Numbered from the stretch's first letter, positions 25,725 to 40,613 are shown. The stretch: DNA of 64,000 nucleotides from Cycas panzhihuaensis (GCA_023213395.1 CM041465.1:185759741-185823740); one strand, 5' to 3'. Program-made: numbers and translations. The notes: generated by a model from the sequence alone, not told the origin.

Positions 25725-28700
25725 TCAGTCAAAGATAGAGGCCCTAAGGCTGAGTTACTTTTAGAACTATTCAAACTTCACCCTCTTTAGTAGTTTGGTG
25801 AAGATATCGACCACTTGATCTGCTATGGGGCAGTACTCCAGTTGAATTGTGCCATCATGAACTAGTTCTCTAATCTTGTGGACTTTTGTACTTATATGTT
25901 TGGTACGATCATGAAATATAGGATTTTTAGTCATCTGGATTATAGATTGATTATCTATATGTAAGCTAGTAGAACTTGTTTGAGTGGCATTTAATATATT
26001 CAACAATTTTCTAAGCCATATTACCTCCTTGCTTGTCTCAGAAGCAACAATGTACTCGACTTGATGGTTGAGTGCAGAACTATCTTTTGCTGTCTAGATC
26101 TCCATGATATTGGTGCTATTCCAAGAAATGTTATATACCCAGACGTAGATCTTCTTGTGTCTTTATCTCTGGCAAAGTCTGAGTTTGTGTATGTATAAAG
26201 TTTAAATTCTGCATTGGGTTCATACAACAGACCATATTTGCTAGTTGTCTTTAGGTACCTCAACACTCGTATTGCAGCTTGCCAATGATTCTACTTAGGA
26301 TTCGTCATGAATCTTATAAGAATGCTGATAGAGTGTGCAATATCTGGCCTTGTGTTAGTAGTATAGATGAGACTACCTACAAGTTGCATGTAGAGTGTTG
26401 CGTCTGCCTCCCTATTGTCACCATCAACTGAGAGTTTAATATTGGGCTCCATAGGTGTATCCACTGGTCGAGCACCTTCCAACTGAAACTTTGTCAGAAG
26501 ATCATTGATATATTTTTCTTAGGAGAGAAAGATTTTTCCATCCTTTTGAGTTACTTCAATTCCCAAGTAATATTTCATCAACTCGAGGTCAAACAATTCA
26601 AAAGTTTTAGTAAGGTCCTTCTTCAACTGGCTGATTACCTATTCACTATTCCCCATTATGAGCATGTCATCTACAAAGATTAAGAGGTAAGTGACTTTAT
26701 CATTTCGACACTTGATGAATGATGTTGCATCAATATCTTGATAGTCACAAACCTCATATCTAAGTTGCCTCATTCTTTCAGACAACTTGGTAAACCAAGC
26801 ACGAGGGGCTTGCTTTAGGCCGTACAAGGACTTTTTAAGCCTGCATACTTTATGGTCCTGACTGTTAATCTCGTATCCTTCTGGCTGAGCCATATAAATT
26901 TCTTCTTTAAGGTCCCCATTGAGAAATACGATTTTAACATTGAGTTGGTGGATTTTCCAACCCTGTTGAGAAGCCAAGACTATAAGAGTTCTGATTGTAG
27001 GCCACTTGGTTGTAGGAGCAAAGGTTTCAGTGTAGTTAATGCCTTCCCTTTACGTGAATTCTTTTGCTACCAACCTCACCTTGTATTTTTCTAGGGTGCC
27101 ATCTGATCTATACTTGTTTTTGAACACCCATTTATTTTGAACTACCTTTCTTCCAATTGGTAGATCAACAAGCTCCCATGTACCATTATTAATAAGAGAT
27201 TGATACTCTTCGTTCATGGCATTTCTCCAAGCTGCATGCTTAACAACTTCTTGGTACGTTAGGGGCTCTTCATTAAGAGCAAGATGCAATTTTGTTGGTT
27301 TAAGCTCACGGAAAGTGATTCATGCATCCTTGTTCTATAGGCACTTCTAGTACCAGTTTTGCCTACCTCATCCAATTGCATGTCCTTATGTAGCTAGTAG
27401 GCTTCACGAAAACCTCGAGTTGTGAATGAGGTTTTCATTTCCACAACCTCTTGATCTTCATTTTGATCCTAAAAAGGATCATGTGAAATATTTGGCACAG
27501 AGGAAGTTGATGATGCTGGAGAAGATGGGCCAGCCACAGATGTTGGAGAAGATGATCCTTCTGCTATGGCTTTGCCTTTATCAACTTGGATGTTCACAAA
27601 TGATAGTGTTGGATATGTACACATTGGCTTGGAGTCACAGCTTGTATCCTCCGAGGCTCTATTGTCAGATTCCAAGATTTTGAACAATTGTTCAGCATCT
27701 CCCCCCCTAAATTTTAGAATCTGGACATCAAATTCAATGGCATCATTAAATCAGTATGAAGGCATCTTAGAGTTAAGTCTAAGTAATTGATCTTTAGTCT
27801 TTGCAAAGATAGCATCTCTAGTGATGATGATTTTACACTGTCAAGGTATGAAAACCTTGTATCCCTTTTTGTCCATAGGGTATCAAATAAAGATGCCTTT
27901 GATGGCTCTATCTTGGAGCTTATTTCTACGTTCCTCTAGAATATGAGCATAACAAATAGAGCCAAAAATTCTAAAGTGAGAGATAGAGGGGGTTTGTTCA
28001 TACCACATTTTATGTGGAGAGGGGCTAAGTTTGGAGGGACTAATAGTGTTGATGTAATACACAACAGTCCAGATACCCTTAGTCCAAAGATAGATAGGGA
28101 CATTCTTATATACCAGCATAGCATAAGCCATATTCATGACGGTCCTATTCATGCACTCAGCAACTCTATTTTGCTAGGGTGTACCTGCAAAAGTGGTCTT
28201 ATGTTTGATTCCATGTTGATGTAGGTACGATTCAAACTCATTGGATGTGTACTCACCACCATTGTCAATCCTGAGTATTTTGATCTTGAATCTAAATTCA
28301 TTTTCCACGCAAGCCTTGAAAGCTTGAAACATAGAAAAAGCTTCATCTTTCTTTGTAAGAAAAGCAACCCATACTTTCTTGGTAAAATCATCAATGAAAG
28401 TAATATAGTACCACTTCTGTTTAAGAGAAGGGTTGGGCATATGACCGCATATATCTAAGTGTACAAGCTGCAAAGGTTGGCTAGATTTCCATTGACTATG
28501 AGGAAAGGGTTGTCTTTGAGATTTAGCAATAATACATGCTTCACATTTAAAGGGTTTAGAGGGGAACTTAGACAAACCAGGAAGAGTGTCTTGTAGTTAT
28601 CTTAAATGATCAATTTTGATATGGCCCATATGAGTATGCCATAGAGCTGCTTGGGACAACGTTTGAGGAGTCAGGGTTGTGGTAAAAGCAAATTCATCAT

Positions 28701-30282
28701 CAACATAGTTGGCTTCAGAGGATGGTGAGCCAATTAGGCAAAAATGTTTGCCATTAAGAATTCCAGTCATAACTATAACATTTGAAGGAGGGTGAATGAC
28801 ACTGAGAGTTTGATTGTTTGTAGTTACACTCAGATCAAATCCACGAGAGACAAGGGTGGATAAGGAGAGCAGATTCTACTTCAGAGTAGGAATATATAAA
28901 ACATCAACAAGTGTAAAATTTGGAAGGCCTGGGAGTTTCAAGCAAATAATTCCAAGTCCTTCGAATGGATGAGATGATTTGTCAGCCATGTATATAACAC
29001 CACGAACTTCAGAGTCAAAATCTTGAAAGAACTGGCGATGACAAGTCATGTGTTGTGTTGCTCTAATATCCATGATCCACGATGAAGTATTTGAGGTAGC
29101 GCTATTTGTAACTCCAAGTGGTGAAGGCAAAAGTGAATAAGCATAGCCACAATGAGCCTCAATATACTTAGTGGATCTATCAACAACATTTGATGAAGTG
29201 GTCCCAATTCTTTAAAGGTGTGCATGAGTAAATTATGTTCCACCAAAAGCATCTTCAAAAGAAGTATTATCAACATTATGTGCACCATGGCACTGTTGAT
29301 AACTTGGTAGTTTATTGGTGGCAGTTTTGCAATTTTTGGCATAATGTCCTTTTCTATTACACCTTTGGCACACGATTGTTTGATTTCTAGTCCAAGTATT
29401 GGGCTGGTTGGATTGTCTCTGATTACTGGATTTAGGTCCAGGTTGATTATTTTGGCCTTATCTTTGAGACTATTTTTGTTAGAATTGAGGAGCATATTGA
29501 CTAAGAGGACGTTGTCCTTATTGTCTACCTCTTCCTCTTCCACGGGAATTACCACCTCTACAAGAGTATTGACCTTGATTTTTGGTGTAACAAAGATCTT
29601 CTTCTACTTCAAAAGCAACATCAACTGGATCTGATGTAGTGGCAAAGTTAGTATCAAAGGTCTTATCAAATTCAATGAACTTATCAGCAAGATTCTCAAA
29701 GTTTAGGGTCTTCAAAGTGCCACTAGATTGAAGACTTCTTAATAGATTTTTATAATCTGGGATTTGGAGACATGATTAAATCAAGAAAGTCTATGTAATG
29801 CATTGAGTTTTAAAATCTTTATCAATGGCTTTCTTGATTGGATGAAGGAGATTGATTATCTCACTTGCATGTCCTTTCTGCATTTTCAATTTGTTCATCT
29901 TTAGCACTAAGTGAACAAATTCTAAGTCTCATTTAATGTTAAAGTCATTCTTAAGAACTTCAAGAACTTTCTATGCTATATCATGTACAACTTCATTAAT
30001 GAGATTATGTAGGGAATAATCAGTGACAAGTAGTATCCCTGCACGGATTTTATCATCATCAAGTTCCCATTGGCATTTAGCTGTAGCTTCAGTGGGAGCA
30101 GTTGGAGAACCTCCTACTAAAGCAGTTGTGGTAGTTGTAGCTGCAATAGGTGATATAGGTTATAAGTGATCTCTCCATAGACCTTCATACTTTACGACAT
30201 TTCTGACACTAGTGAACCACATATCCTAATTTTCTTTCCCTTTTAGAATGCAGTTCACATTTTGCTTGAACTGTGAAGACAT
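25725..30282 (-). pseudogene. Degenerate copia gag-pol of H
   Basis: ATG at 30282; ORFs 29518, 28876, 28174, 27883, 27050, 26639, 26291, 26021 and 25767 with WIMD, FIDDFTKK, DNGGEY, FVDD, RSTSGY and DQVVDIFTK motifs. Confidence 0.93.
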
Positions 30283-30450
30283 GGTGTCTTTTTAGAAGGG
30301 AAGAAATGAACAAGGGACTATAAAAGTGATGGCAATAAATGACTGATCACTATTTACAAATGGGAAATGTAATGAAGTAGTGTAGCAGAAGGAAGAAGAA
30401 GTGAGAATGGATACTTAAAGATGAAGGGAGTAACTTAGAGAAAAGTCACC

Positions 30451-30574
30451 AACACTTGTGACAAATATTAACTTGACATAGCAGGAATATGAGAAGCACT
30501 ATGATAAAAATTGGCCATTAACACTTGTGGCAAATATTAACCTGATGTAGTAGGAATATGAGAAGCACTATGAT
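30451..30574. repeat. Two-copy direct repeat (~68 bp period) in the 5' UTR of H
   Basis: AACACTTGTG(A/G)CAAATATTAAC...AGGAATATGAGAAGCACTATGAT occurs twice. Confidence 0.85.
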
Positions 30575-31440
30575 TGTGATTACACTATGGATCACTTTTT
30601 ACAAATAAGTAAGTGATCAATATACAAGATTGTAGACCAATGTAGAAGCTGACATCATTAGGTTTACATAACTTGAAATTTAAATGTAAGATGTGTAATC
30701 AACCCAATAACCTCTAACTTGTGTCCAACATGTAGTTGAGGTTGTTGAAGGGATGCCTAAGCTTCTAGTAGAATTAAGTTGGCCTTTACCCGCGATAGCT
30801 ACAATTGTACTTGGTGATGAAATCTAAGTCACAACGGAGCCCAGGTACTCCCAATCCTCACCCAGTTCCCCAATGAGTAGATATATACCTCCTCTAAAGA
30901 GTGGTATGTGCATATCCATAGCTATGACAAATATTGGATTGGGTATATTTTAATCTTGTAGTAAAGTTTCAGTTTTTCTAGTTGGTTATCAAGATGATCC
31001 CTGATTGAGGCATGATGGTATGGCTAACCAAACCTCACCAATATTCTAGTTTAGTCCAGTCCCAACTGAAACTGACACCTCCTTTATGGTATAACATGCT
31101 ACCAACCAAGGTATCTCAACCTTGGAGAGTGTGTGAACAGGTATAAAATTGCAAAAAATAGCCTACGTGATGCGTTCCTTTTAGGAAGAGTGAAAAAATT
31201 ATCTAATTGCATCAAACGTATATTTAACTGAAAATAGAATGCTTGCTTGAATTGTCTTTAGAGTGCTTGCTTTGAGTGAGTTTAGAGTGATGAAATACAA
31301 TGCTAATAAGTGAGTGAGGACACCAGATATTGCTCTAATCCAGGTGTTTTTTCTCACTTTTACAATGGGCTTTCAAGCCTTATAAAAAGAAGGAAGAATT
31401 TTACTTCACCTTTTTTTTTTTTGTTAATACAAAAAAAGTA

Positions 31441-31780
31441 GTCTTCACTAAATCAATAATAACTTTCTCCCACGATGTCAAAATGGAGTGCTATTTTTTG
31501 TTCTGTAAACTAGACTTAGAGCTTCATCTTTAGGAAGTGGAATCAGGTCCAAATGAGTTCTGCAAAGTTTTTGAAAACCCCACAAAGTTAGAAAATTATA
31601 TTTTTTTAAAATTCTTACTAAAAATAACTGTTGTTCACTAAAAAAGTAATAACTTCCTCATACGACATCCAAATTAGATGTTAGTTTTTGTCTTGGAAAG
31701 TAGACTCAGAGCCTCATCTTTGAAAATTAGAGTCACTTCAATTGGAGCTCTGTAGAAGATTTTGCAGACCTGTGAGGTTT
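31441..31780. repeat. Diverged two-copy repeat (~190 bp period) in the 5' UTR of H
   Basis: TTCACTAAA..TAATAACTT..TAGACT(T/C)AGAGC(T/C)TCATCTTT occurs twice. Confidence 0.7.
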
Positions 31781-32284
31781 AGTAATCAAATTATATTTTT
31801 GCAGAAATTTCAGCTTGCTAATATCTCATTAACACATGATACCATATGAAATTTCCATCAGTTTTTGATCACTAGGATCTGAATATGGGCAACGTGAGAG
31901 CATATAATTATATATATTTTAAATGGCTCAAAATTCTTTAAAAAAATTAGGTAAAACCTCTCCTTACAATCATTCTTCTAAATGCTAGAAACATTTTAGC
32001 AGCATTTCCCCTTGTTAAATGGACCAAAAAGAGAAAAGAAAAAGAAGAATGGGATAACATGAATGGCTAGCAAAGGATTGGAATCCTTGGGCCTTACAAC
32101 TCCTTGTATTATGCTTACAAACCTGCAAAAGATAAAGGAAAAGCAAACAATACAAAATATGCTATCATAATAACTTGAAAATATTTATAAATTCACTTTC
32201 ACAATCTCCTTCACCATATGGATTGTGGGGAGAAGGAAGTGATGGCTCCATTGTAAGTGTAAGTAAGGAATATGAAGGAAGCAA

Positions 32285-32296
32285 GCTCTGATACCA
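32285..32296 (-). promoter_or_regulatory. PBS (tRNA-iMet) of H
   Basis: GCTCTGATACCA on + equals TGGTATCAGAGC. Confidence 0.96.
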
Positions 32297-32298
32297 TA

Positions 32299-32596
32299 TG
32301 AAAAGAGTGGATCTATCCTTCATCTCCATGCACTAAACACAAAGGCAAACATGGGAGCAAGAGAGACTTGAGAGAAAGAAAGTAACTCTCACAAAATGGG
32401 GAGGTAAGAATGAATCTCTTCTATTGAGTTTTTACTTTTATATTGAGAGAGGGAGCATTAGAGTTAAGTGAAATAAAATTACACATAATGTACATGAAAG
32501 TGCATTTCACTTAAGTGATCTAATTTAAAGTTCACTTAAGACCCTTTTTCGAAATAATCAACTAATGTAATGACTTTATGTCATTAAACCTTTTCA
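32299..32596 (-). repeat. 5' LTR of H
   Basis: TGAAAAG...CTTTTCA termini; matches 24997-25294. Confidence 0.96.
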
Positions 32597-35571
32597 CTTC
32601 TCTTAATGAAAAGTGGATTGGATAGGCCCCCACTGCCTACCACTTCAAAATATTTGACTCAACATGTTATGCCCATATACTGGATAGAGATAGAAATAAA
32701 CTTTAGTCTACAGCACTTAAAAGCATCTTTATTAGATACCCTATGGATAAGAAAAGGTTCAAGGTTTTTATACCTTCACAACGGAAGGTTATCATCACTA
32801 GAGATGTGGTCTTTACTGAAACAAAAGATCAATTATTATAATTAGGCTACAAAACAGCAAATCGCCATTATTATAATACTACTCAACATGATGTACATAT
32901 TCCAAAATTTGGGAGGGGGAGGAGACGCTCAAGAGTTACTTAAACTATTGGAATCTAACAATAGAGCCATGGAGGATAGTAGCTGTGACTTTCAACCAAT
33001 GAGTACACATCATACACCACCATTTGATAAAAACATAGTTGACAAAGGCAAAGCAGTGGTAGATGGACCACGTTCCCCAAATACGTCAACATCCTCCTCA
33101 ACAAATATGTAAAATGATCCTTTTCAAGATCTAAATGAAGAAAATGCAGTTGGAGAAATGAAGATCTCATTTCCAACTCGAGGTTCTCATGAAGCCCGCT
33201 AACTAAATATGTATATATGACTTGATGAGGTGGGAAAAATTGGTACTCGAAATGCCTATAGAGCCAAGATACAAAAATCACTTTTCATTGAGTTAAAACT
33301 AACAAAATTGCATCTTCCTCTCAATGAAGATCCCCTCTCATACCAAGAAGTTATAAAACACATAGCTTAGAGGAATGTCATAAATAAAGAGTATCAATCT
33401 CTTATAAAAAATAGTACATGGGAGCTCATCAACCTACCACTTAAAAGAAAGATAGTTTAAAACAAATGGATGTACAAAAATAAATACAGATTTGATGGTA
33501 CTCTTAAAAAATACAAGGTGGGGTTGGTAGTAAAGGGATTCACACAAAGGCTAAAGTCTTTGTACCTACAACCAAGTGGCCTATAATTAGAACTCTTATG
33601 GCCTTGGAAGCTTAATAGGGTTGGAAGATTCACTAGCTCAATGTAAAAATTGCATTTCTCAATGGTGATCTTGAAGAAGAAATCTACATGGCTCAGGTTG
33701 AAGGATTTGAGATTACTAGTCTAGAGCATAAGGTGTGTAGGCTCAAAAGGTCCTTATATAGCCTTAAATAAGCCCCTCGTTCTTAGTTCACTAAGTTGTT
33801 AGAAAGAATAAGGTAACTTAGATATGAGGTTTGTGATTACCTGGATATTGATGTAATATTGTTCATCAAAAGCTAAAAGGATAAAGTCACTTATCTCTTG
33901 ATCTTTGTGGATGATATGCTTATAACAGAGAATAGTGAACATGTAATTAGCCAACTAAAGAAGGGCTTAGCTAAAACATTCGAACTGTCTAACCTTATGT
34001 TGATGAAATACTACTTGGGAATTGAAGTCACTCAGAAAGATAGTAAAATCTTTCTTTCTCAAGAAAAGTACATCAACAATCTTCTAACAAAGTTTCGGTT
34101 GGAAGATACTTGAACTATAGCCACTCTAATAGAACCTAATGTCAAACTAGCAACTAATGGTGATGATCGAGAGGTAGACATAATACTTCATATGGAAATT
34201 ATAGGTATTCTCATTTATACTACTAATATAAGACATGATATTACACACTCTATCGATATTCTTGCTCGTTATATGATAAATCCTAAACAAAATCACTTGT
34301 AGGTAGTAGTGCGAGTGTTGAGGTACCTTAGGACAACTAGTAAATATGGTTTATTAAATGAACTCAATTCAAAGTTTAAACTATATACATACATAGACTT
34401 AGATTTTATCGAAGATAAAGACATAGGGAGATCCACATTTAGGTATATAATATTTTTTAGAATAGTATCAATATCATAGAGATCTAGACGGTAGAAGACA
34501 ATTATTGATTCAACTGTCAAAACTAAATATATTACTACTTCTAAGACTAGTAAGGAGGTGATATGGCTTAGGAAATTATTAGAAACATTAAATATTGCCC
34601 AAACAAGTCCTACTAGACTTCATGTAGATAATCAATCAGTAATCCATATGGCCAAAAATCTTGTATTTCATGATCATACCAAACACATAAGTACAAAAGT
34701 CCATATGACTTGAGAGCTAGTTTATAATAGCACAATCCACTTGGAGTACTATCCCATAGCAGATCAAGTGGCTGATATCTTCACTAAACCACTATAAAAG
34801 GTGAAGTTTGAATAGTTCCATAGGCAGCTTAGTCTTCGAGCCTCTATCTCCAATTGATTAGAGGAGATGACAACAAGATCTTCATACTCTATTCCATTCA
34901 TGAAAATCCCTTGTAAACATAAAGAAATAAGAGTAGGCCACTATTTTATCCTATTTATGAAAATCCCTTAAGGGTTGTACTAGTCTTAGAAAATTAGAAC
35001 CTATAGAAATCTAAAAATCCATGGGGGATGACCAAATAATATATGGAGACTCAGTAGATCAAGCTGCACATTTAAGCTACTTGGCTATCAAGATACATCA
35101 AGAAACACCTAGGCTAATTTAATTTAAGAGGCTATAGAACTTAGAAAGTTCATGGGTTTTCATTTCCCATGAGTATTTTCCCATAAAAGTGTCAATATAA
35201 TAATGATACTCAAATAAAGACCTTATAGAATAGATTTTATCATAATGACCTTTTACCATTAAGGAGGGGATTGATAGATATTATGCATCAAGGTCATTAG
35301 ATTAATTATTTGAAGGTGACTTTAGGTTAGTTAAGTCACATAGTTAAATGTAATTTCATTTATATTTAAGTGCAATTTTGGGATCATGTCATTAGGCAGC
35401 AAACTCCTTTGGAAACCCTAATGCACATCCTCTGTAAGGCTGAATGTGAAAGGAAGAGTAATAATTCTCATCTCTTATTTTTGTTCTCAATCTTGTTCTC
35501 TTCATTTTGCTCTTATTATGTGCCATTGATTTAGTGTAGTGAAGTATGATAATTAGATCCTTCGCATAATA
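32597..35571 (+). mobile_element. Copia family I copy 2, 3' part (INT C-half, RT, RH, PPT 35261-35270, 3' LTR 35272-35571)
   Basis: Integrase resumes after the TSD; FVDD in ORF 33898; DQVADIFTKPL at ~34762; colinear with 1-1882. Confidence 0.93.
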
Positions 35572-35576
35572 TAACA

Positions 35577-36680
35577 AACTAGGGTTAGTTCCTTAGTAGG
35601 GGTATAATCATGTAGATGTGTTTTACCTAGTACAACCTATCTATAAAAAGTTATACTTCTAAGTGATTCTAGTAGATGTAAGGGTACGGAAGAGTAAATG
35701 AGTTGACTTTATGCTCATTCTTTAGGAATGTATTATGAAGCTATGGCTAGTTGAGTGGCCTTCTCTAGAGAGACCATAAGGCGCTTTATTTTTTCACTGC
35801 CTATACTATTCAGGATTGTTAAATACTATCTCATGGTTTATCTTGGGATTTATTACTAAGGTTGGAGATGGTGATTCTAACAGGGTTAAGGTTGTATTAC
35901 TAGGGAAGACCACCTAATAATCTTGAATCAGAGGAGTGGATAGGTAGCTTTAATGACTTCAATTTGGCCTTTTCTGCCTTACTATATAAAATAATATCAA
36001 TATGATAGCCTAGTACTAGTACTTTCTTTATAGTGAGTTGAGCTCCCATTTATTAAGTTAATTTTCTTTTTATTTCTCATTCATCTATTTAGCCATCAAG
36101 TTCTTTAAACTCCTACATTAATCATTATATATTTTGATTAGGTGAAACACATTTTATTATCAATCATTTAGTCGCTTTCTTAATTAATCCTTTTTCAAAT
36201 TCATAAAATATAGACTCAAATGTAGTCTTAACTCACACTAGGCATATAGTTTATTTTAGATGGAAACTATGAGTATTACATTTCCACATTAAAACCATTT
36301 AAGGAGCCTTTGGAATAGACCCCTTAATTCAAAAGGAGGTTGGCCTGTGTTCTTTTCCTATTTTTATGATAAACTTATTCCAATAAAATTTTAAAACACT
36401 AATATATGGCACTAGGTTAGGAAACACTCTATAAGTGATTTCAAGTGGCAGTATTGTAGAAAATTTCATTACTTAATGTATGTCATACCTATAAACATAA
36501 AATGTATACTTTTACTTCAAATTTGTATAGGAATTAATAGGATTATCTACAAATGATTTTTTCTATAGTTGATGATAAAAAAATTTATACAAAATCATTT
36601 GCAAAATGTGTTGTGTAAAATAATTCATGGTGTTTTATATATTTATAACTTCACATTGTTTTATATAAAGCTTTATATAA
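35577..36680. repeat. Core unit segment A, subtype A1
   Basis: Colinear with 1888-2991. Confidence 0.92.
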
Positions 36681-39600
36681 TGTGAATGTGGTAGTTGTTT
36701 ATTAAGCTATAGATTAATATTAATGTGGTTTAACTAAGGGTCACAACCCTAATTGGGTGACACCTCTTGGAAGAGTATAATAGCCTTGAGCCCTTGTGTA
36801 TTCTATGTATCAAAATTATTGTGCAATAATAAATGTGATCTAAAAGGACCTTTTGTGGTGGGGTTTTTCCTAAAGGGTTTTACCACATAAATCCTATGTA
36901 CTATGCATCTATATTCTGTGTATATTTTTATTTTCTTACTATGTATAGTTAAAGATTCTACAAATGGGAACATACCTGTATGATTTCATGTTCCTGAACA
37001 TGGTATTAGAGCTATAGGATCCTATATAACTGAAGCCTGGCATTGAGTTGAGTCGTGAGATCACTAGTTTCTAGGTGAAACTGTAAAACCTAAGACTTGT
37101 CTTAAGGGTCCATCATCTGTAGCAACGTGCAAAAGTAGGCACAATAGATCAATAGTAGTTGAAATAGTTAAAATCACTATTCAACAGAGCATAAGGGCCT
37201 ATTAAAGTCAATAATCAAGCATAAAGACCACAATTATGGTGTGAGTTGGCTCATTGGGGGCCATTAGAAGTGGGTTGATGATCTATAAGGTTGATTCAAG
37301 CTAGCAGAGCATGTACTGGTAGTGATTTGATGACTATGAGGACAACCATCTATATATATATATATATATATAAGTGAGTTATTTACTCATCTAAAACATT
37401 ATAAAATTAAAAAAGAAGTAAGTTTTTTTCAGTATGACTTACATCTAGTCTATATAAGGGAGGGATTGGAGCTTATTTAGAATGTTTTCAATCCTCTATA
37501 CTAAGATTAGATTGAGAATATAGTAGTGCATAGTATTAACTACTAAAATTTTGAGTCTTAATATCCTTATATGAGAGAAAGGCCCCCTTATTTTAGTCGT
37601 ATGCATAAACATAGCCCGAATTTGCATGTTAAGAGGTGTTTGGGCAAGTTCTAGTGTTTGTTGGGCATGTTTAGGAGGTGGCTAGGCCTTGTACACACTG
37701 TTTACTAGCCATATTAAAGCTGTTTATACCCATAGCCTTCTTTATTGGTAACTTGAAGGACATAATCTATGTATGTAGTTTAAAAACTATTATCCACATG
37801 ACTGGGCTCTTGTATGAAGTGGATGGTCTTAGATTTATCCATATACCAAATGTATAATAAGTGTAGGTTTGTGGTTTAGAGTGTTGGTCTGTTCATAGCA
37901 CGTAGGCAAAAATTGAATTGCGACAACCGCGTCTCTTAGAATCAGGTAGTATGACTTATTGTATCATGTTTTTGATGATATTTTACTAAGTTAAGACCTT
38001 AATAATATTAGTAAGATGATATAATGAAAAAATAAAGCATGTGGGTTATATGATATGGTGCAGTTGTTCATATAAAGTTGTAATTGTTGAAATATATCCT
38101 TTAGTATATTCTCTTTATAATTGAACATTATAAAAGGCCCATAGACCATTGAAAAATCATATTATTTTATAATGTATTATATTTCAGGACTCCTTGAGCC
38201 ATTTTGAGTGTGGATTGAGGAGATTTATTTTTGTTGTTACTTGGAGATCGTGTAATTCTGCTGTATGGAGTTGTCCCCATTCTTGGAGCACCTTTTTTAA
38301 GTGACTAAAGGATCATTTTTTATACTTTTGAGTTCATTTATAGGCATTTTGAAGCCATTTATGAGGGAAGAATAATCAATGACTCATTTAACCTATGTAT
38401 AGTTGCTGTTTGGTGCCCTCCAGAGTGTACCCTTGAGCTAGAGGAGGACATAGGGGTGTATTTTTTATCCAAAAGACAATAATTTTGGTGTTATTTGACA
38501 CATATTGAGATATGTTTCAATAGATGGAGTGCCTTATATCTAAAGTTATCTTTAATGGTAACAATTTTAATGAGTGGAAGGCTAATATGGAGCTTATTCT
38601 GATGGTGAATTAACTCTAGAGTATCACTGAGGCTAAAGTGGATGTGATTCCACTAGACCATAAAGAGCATGTTCATCTCGAAGAGAAGAAATTTATGGCA
38701 CTAGGCTAGGGAGCTTTAATTCACAATCTAGATGAACTAGACAAAATATGGATAAAACTGTATGATTTATTTGAGAAGAAGAAGAGAAATAGACGTTTTA
38801 CTCTAATGTTGGAGTTACTCAATTCATGTGTGGAAGATCAGAATAACATCAACTCCTACCTAAATAAGATTATGTATTTAAAGAATAATCTAGAAAAACT
38901 AAAGTAGAATTCGATCGATGATACGTTATTATTCACAATAATCATGTCAAAGCTACCAACTGCATTTGCTAATTTTAAGAACATTTATGGTACAGTGATG
39001 GAGGCAGAAACTTTTGATGGGTTTAAAAACCTAATTCTAGCAGAAGATTCTAAGCTTAAATATCATGGTATGCTTGGAGGTTCAGAATCAAGTCAGGCCC
39101 TAGCCATGAAGACTCAGAGGAAGGAGGCCGCTAAGGAAGAGAAGATCACATAGAGGTTAGGAGAAAATTCACAAGATAAGAAGAAGTTCAATGGAAAATA
39201 CAATTACTACAAGAAGGATGGTCACTAGAAAAAAGAACTATTGGTTTAAAAGATGTTATAAGCATAAATTATGCTAGGATGATAAAGGAAAGAATATTGC
39301 TACTCATTACGTCAGACCACAGACTTTATCAGTCGAGTGAGATCAGAGAGATTATTGGGTACTTGACTCTAGAGTATATAAGCATATCTCCTACTAAAAG
39401 TACAACTTTGATATAATGAATAAAAATCAGAGCAGTGCTGAAATTATCCTTGGAGATGCTTATGTTTTTCTAATGTAAGGTATTAGAAGAGTATCCATTA
39501 TAGGAGGTAAGTTTACCAGGCTATACTATGTACCCAAGATGCAGTTGAACCTTCTTTTAGCCTAAAAAATTTGTAAACAAGGCATGAAGGTAGAGATTTA

Positions 39601-40613
39601 TAATGATAAATGCCTAATTAAGGATCTAAAGTAAAACTTCGTTATCAATGCTATTGGGAAAGTCAGGGACAAGTTCTGGGTATTTGAGAAATTTTAATCT
39701 TAGAAGAAGTCTTATGCCTTTGTTTCCAACATTAATAACGTGAGTAAACTTTGGCATAATCGCCTAGGACACCTTAATTATAGGAGTATTACACTACTAA
39801 AGAGGTTGAAGATGGTGGATGGACTGCCATCAATTTCCTGCTTAGATGGTATTTATAGTATGTGTATGTATGACAAGCACCACTGCTACCCTTTTACTCA
39901 GGAGAATGCCTAGAGAGCCAAGGAGAAGTTAGAGCTTGTACATTCAGATATAATTGGTCCTCTCCTAAACCCTTCTATATCAGGAGCTTGTTATACCCTT
40001 GTGTTTGTAGATGATTACACTAGGAAGGCCTAGGTCTACTTTCTTAAAAATAAGTTAGATATATTTAATTGCTTCTGTGACTGGAAAGTAATGGTAGAAA
40101 ATGAAAGTGATAAAAAAGATTAAGTCATTAAGAAGTGACAATGGCAAGGAATATGACAACCATATGTTTAATTAGTTTTACCACGATCATGGTATAAAGA
40201 GGGAATTTATAGTCTTGTATACCCCACAATATAATGGAGTTGCTAAATAAAAGAACCATACCATGATAGTGATGGTAAGGTATATGGTACACGCTAAAAA
40301 CTTGCCACTGATGTTTTGGATAGAGGTTATGATGACTACTATTTATATTTTGAACTCGGTACCCACTCAGGCAGTTTGCAACATGACCCTTGAAGAGAAA
40401 TGGATTAGTCAGAAGCCTGTCATTACCCATTTAAGAACCTTTGGATGTATTAGATACGCCCACATCCTAGATGATACTCATAAGAAGTTGGATTAGAAGA
40501 GTCTGAAGTGCATATTCATGGGGGTATGACAATGAGAATAAAGGCTACAGACTATGGGATCAATAGGGGAAGAAGATTGTGGTTAGTTAGGATGTAAAAT
40601 TTGATGAATTATA
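36681..40613 (+). mobile_element. Copia family B copy 2 (LTR 36681-37000, PBS 37001-37012, gag-PR-INT), same truncation as copy 1
   Basis: Colinear with 2992-6945; ORFs 38944 and 40263 (HLRTFGC). Confidence 0.92.

Larger units (their letters stand above)
24997..32596 (-). mobile_element. Full-length (mutated) Ty1/copia element H, 7.6 kb, TSD CTTCT
   Basis: 298 bp LTRs 24997-25294 and 32299-32596; CTTCT at 24992-24996 and 32597-32601; PBS and PPT present; gag-PR-INT-RT-RH ORF fragments on the minus strand. Confidence 0.97.
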
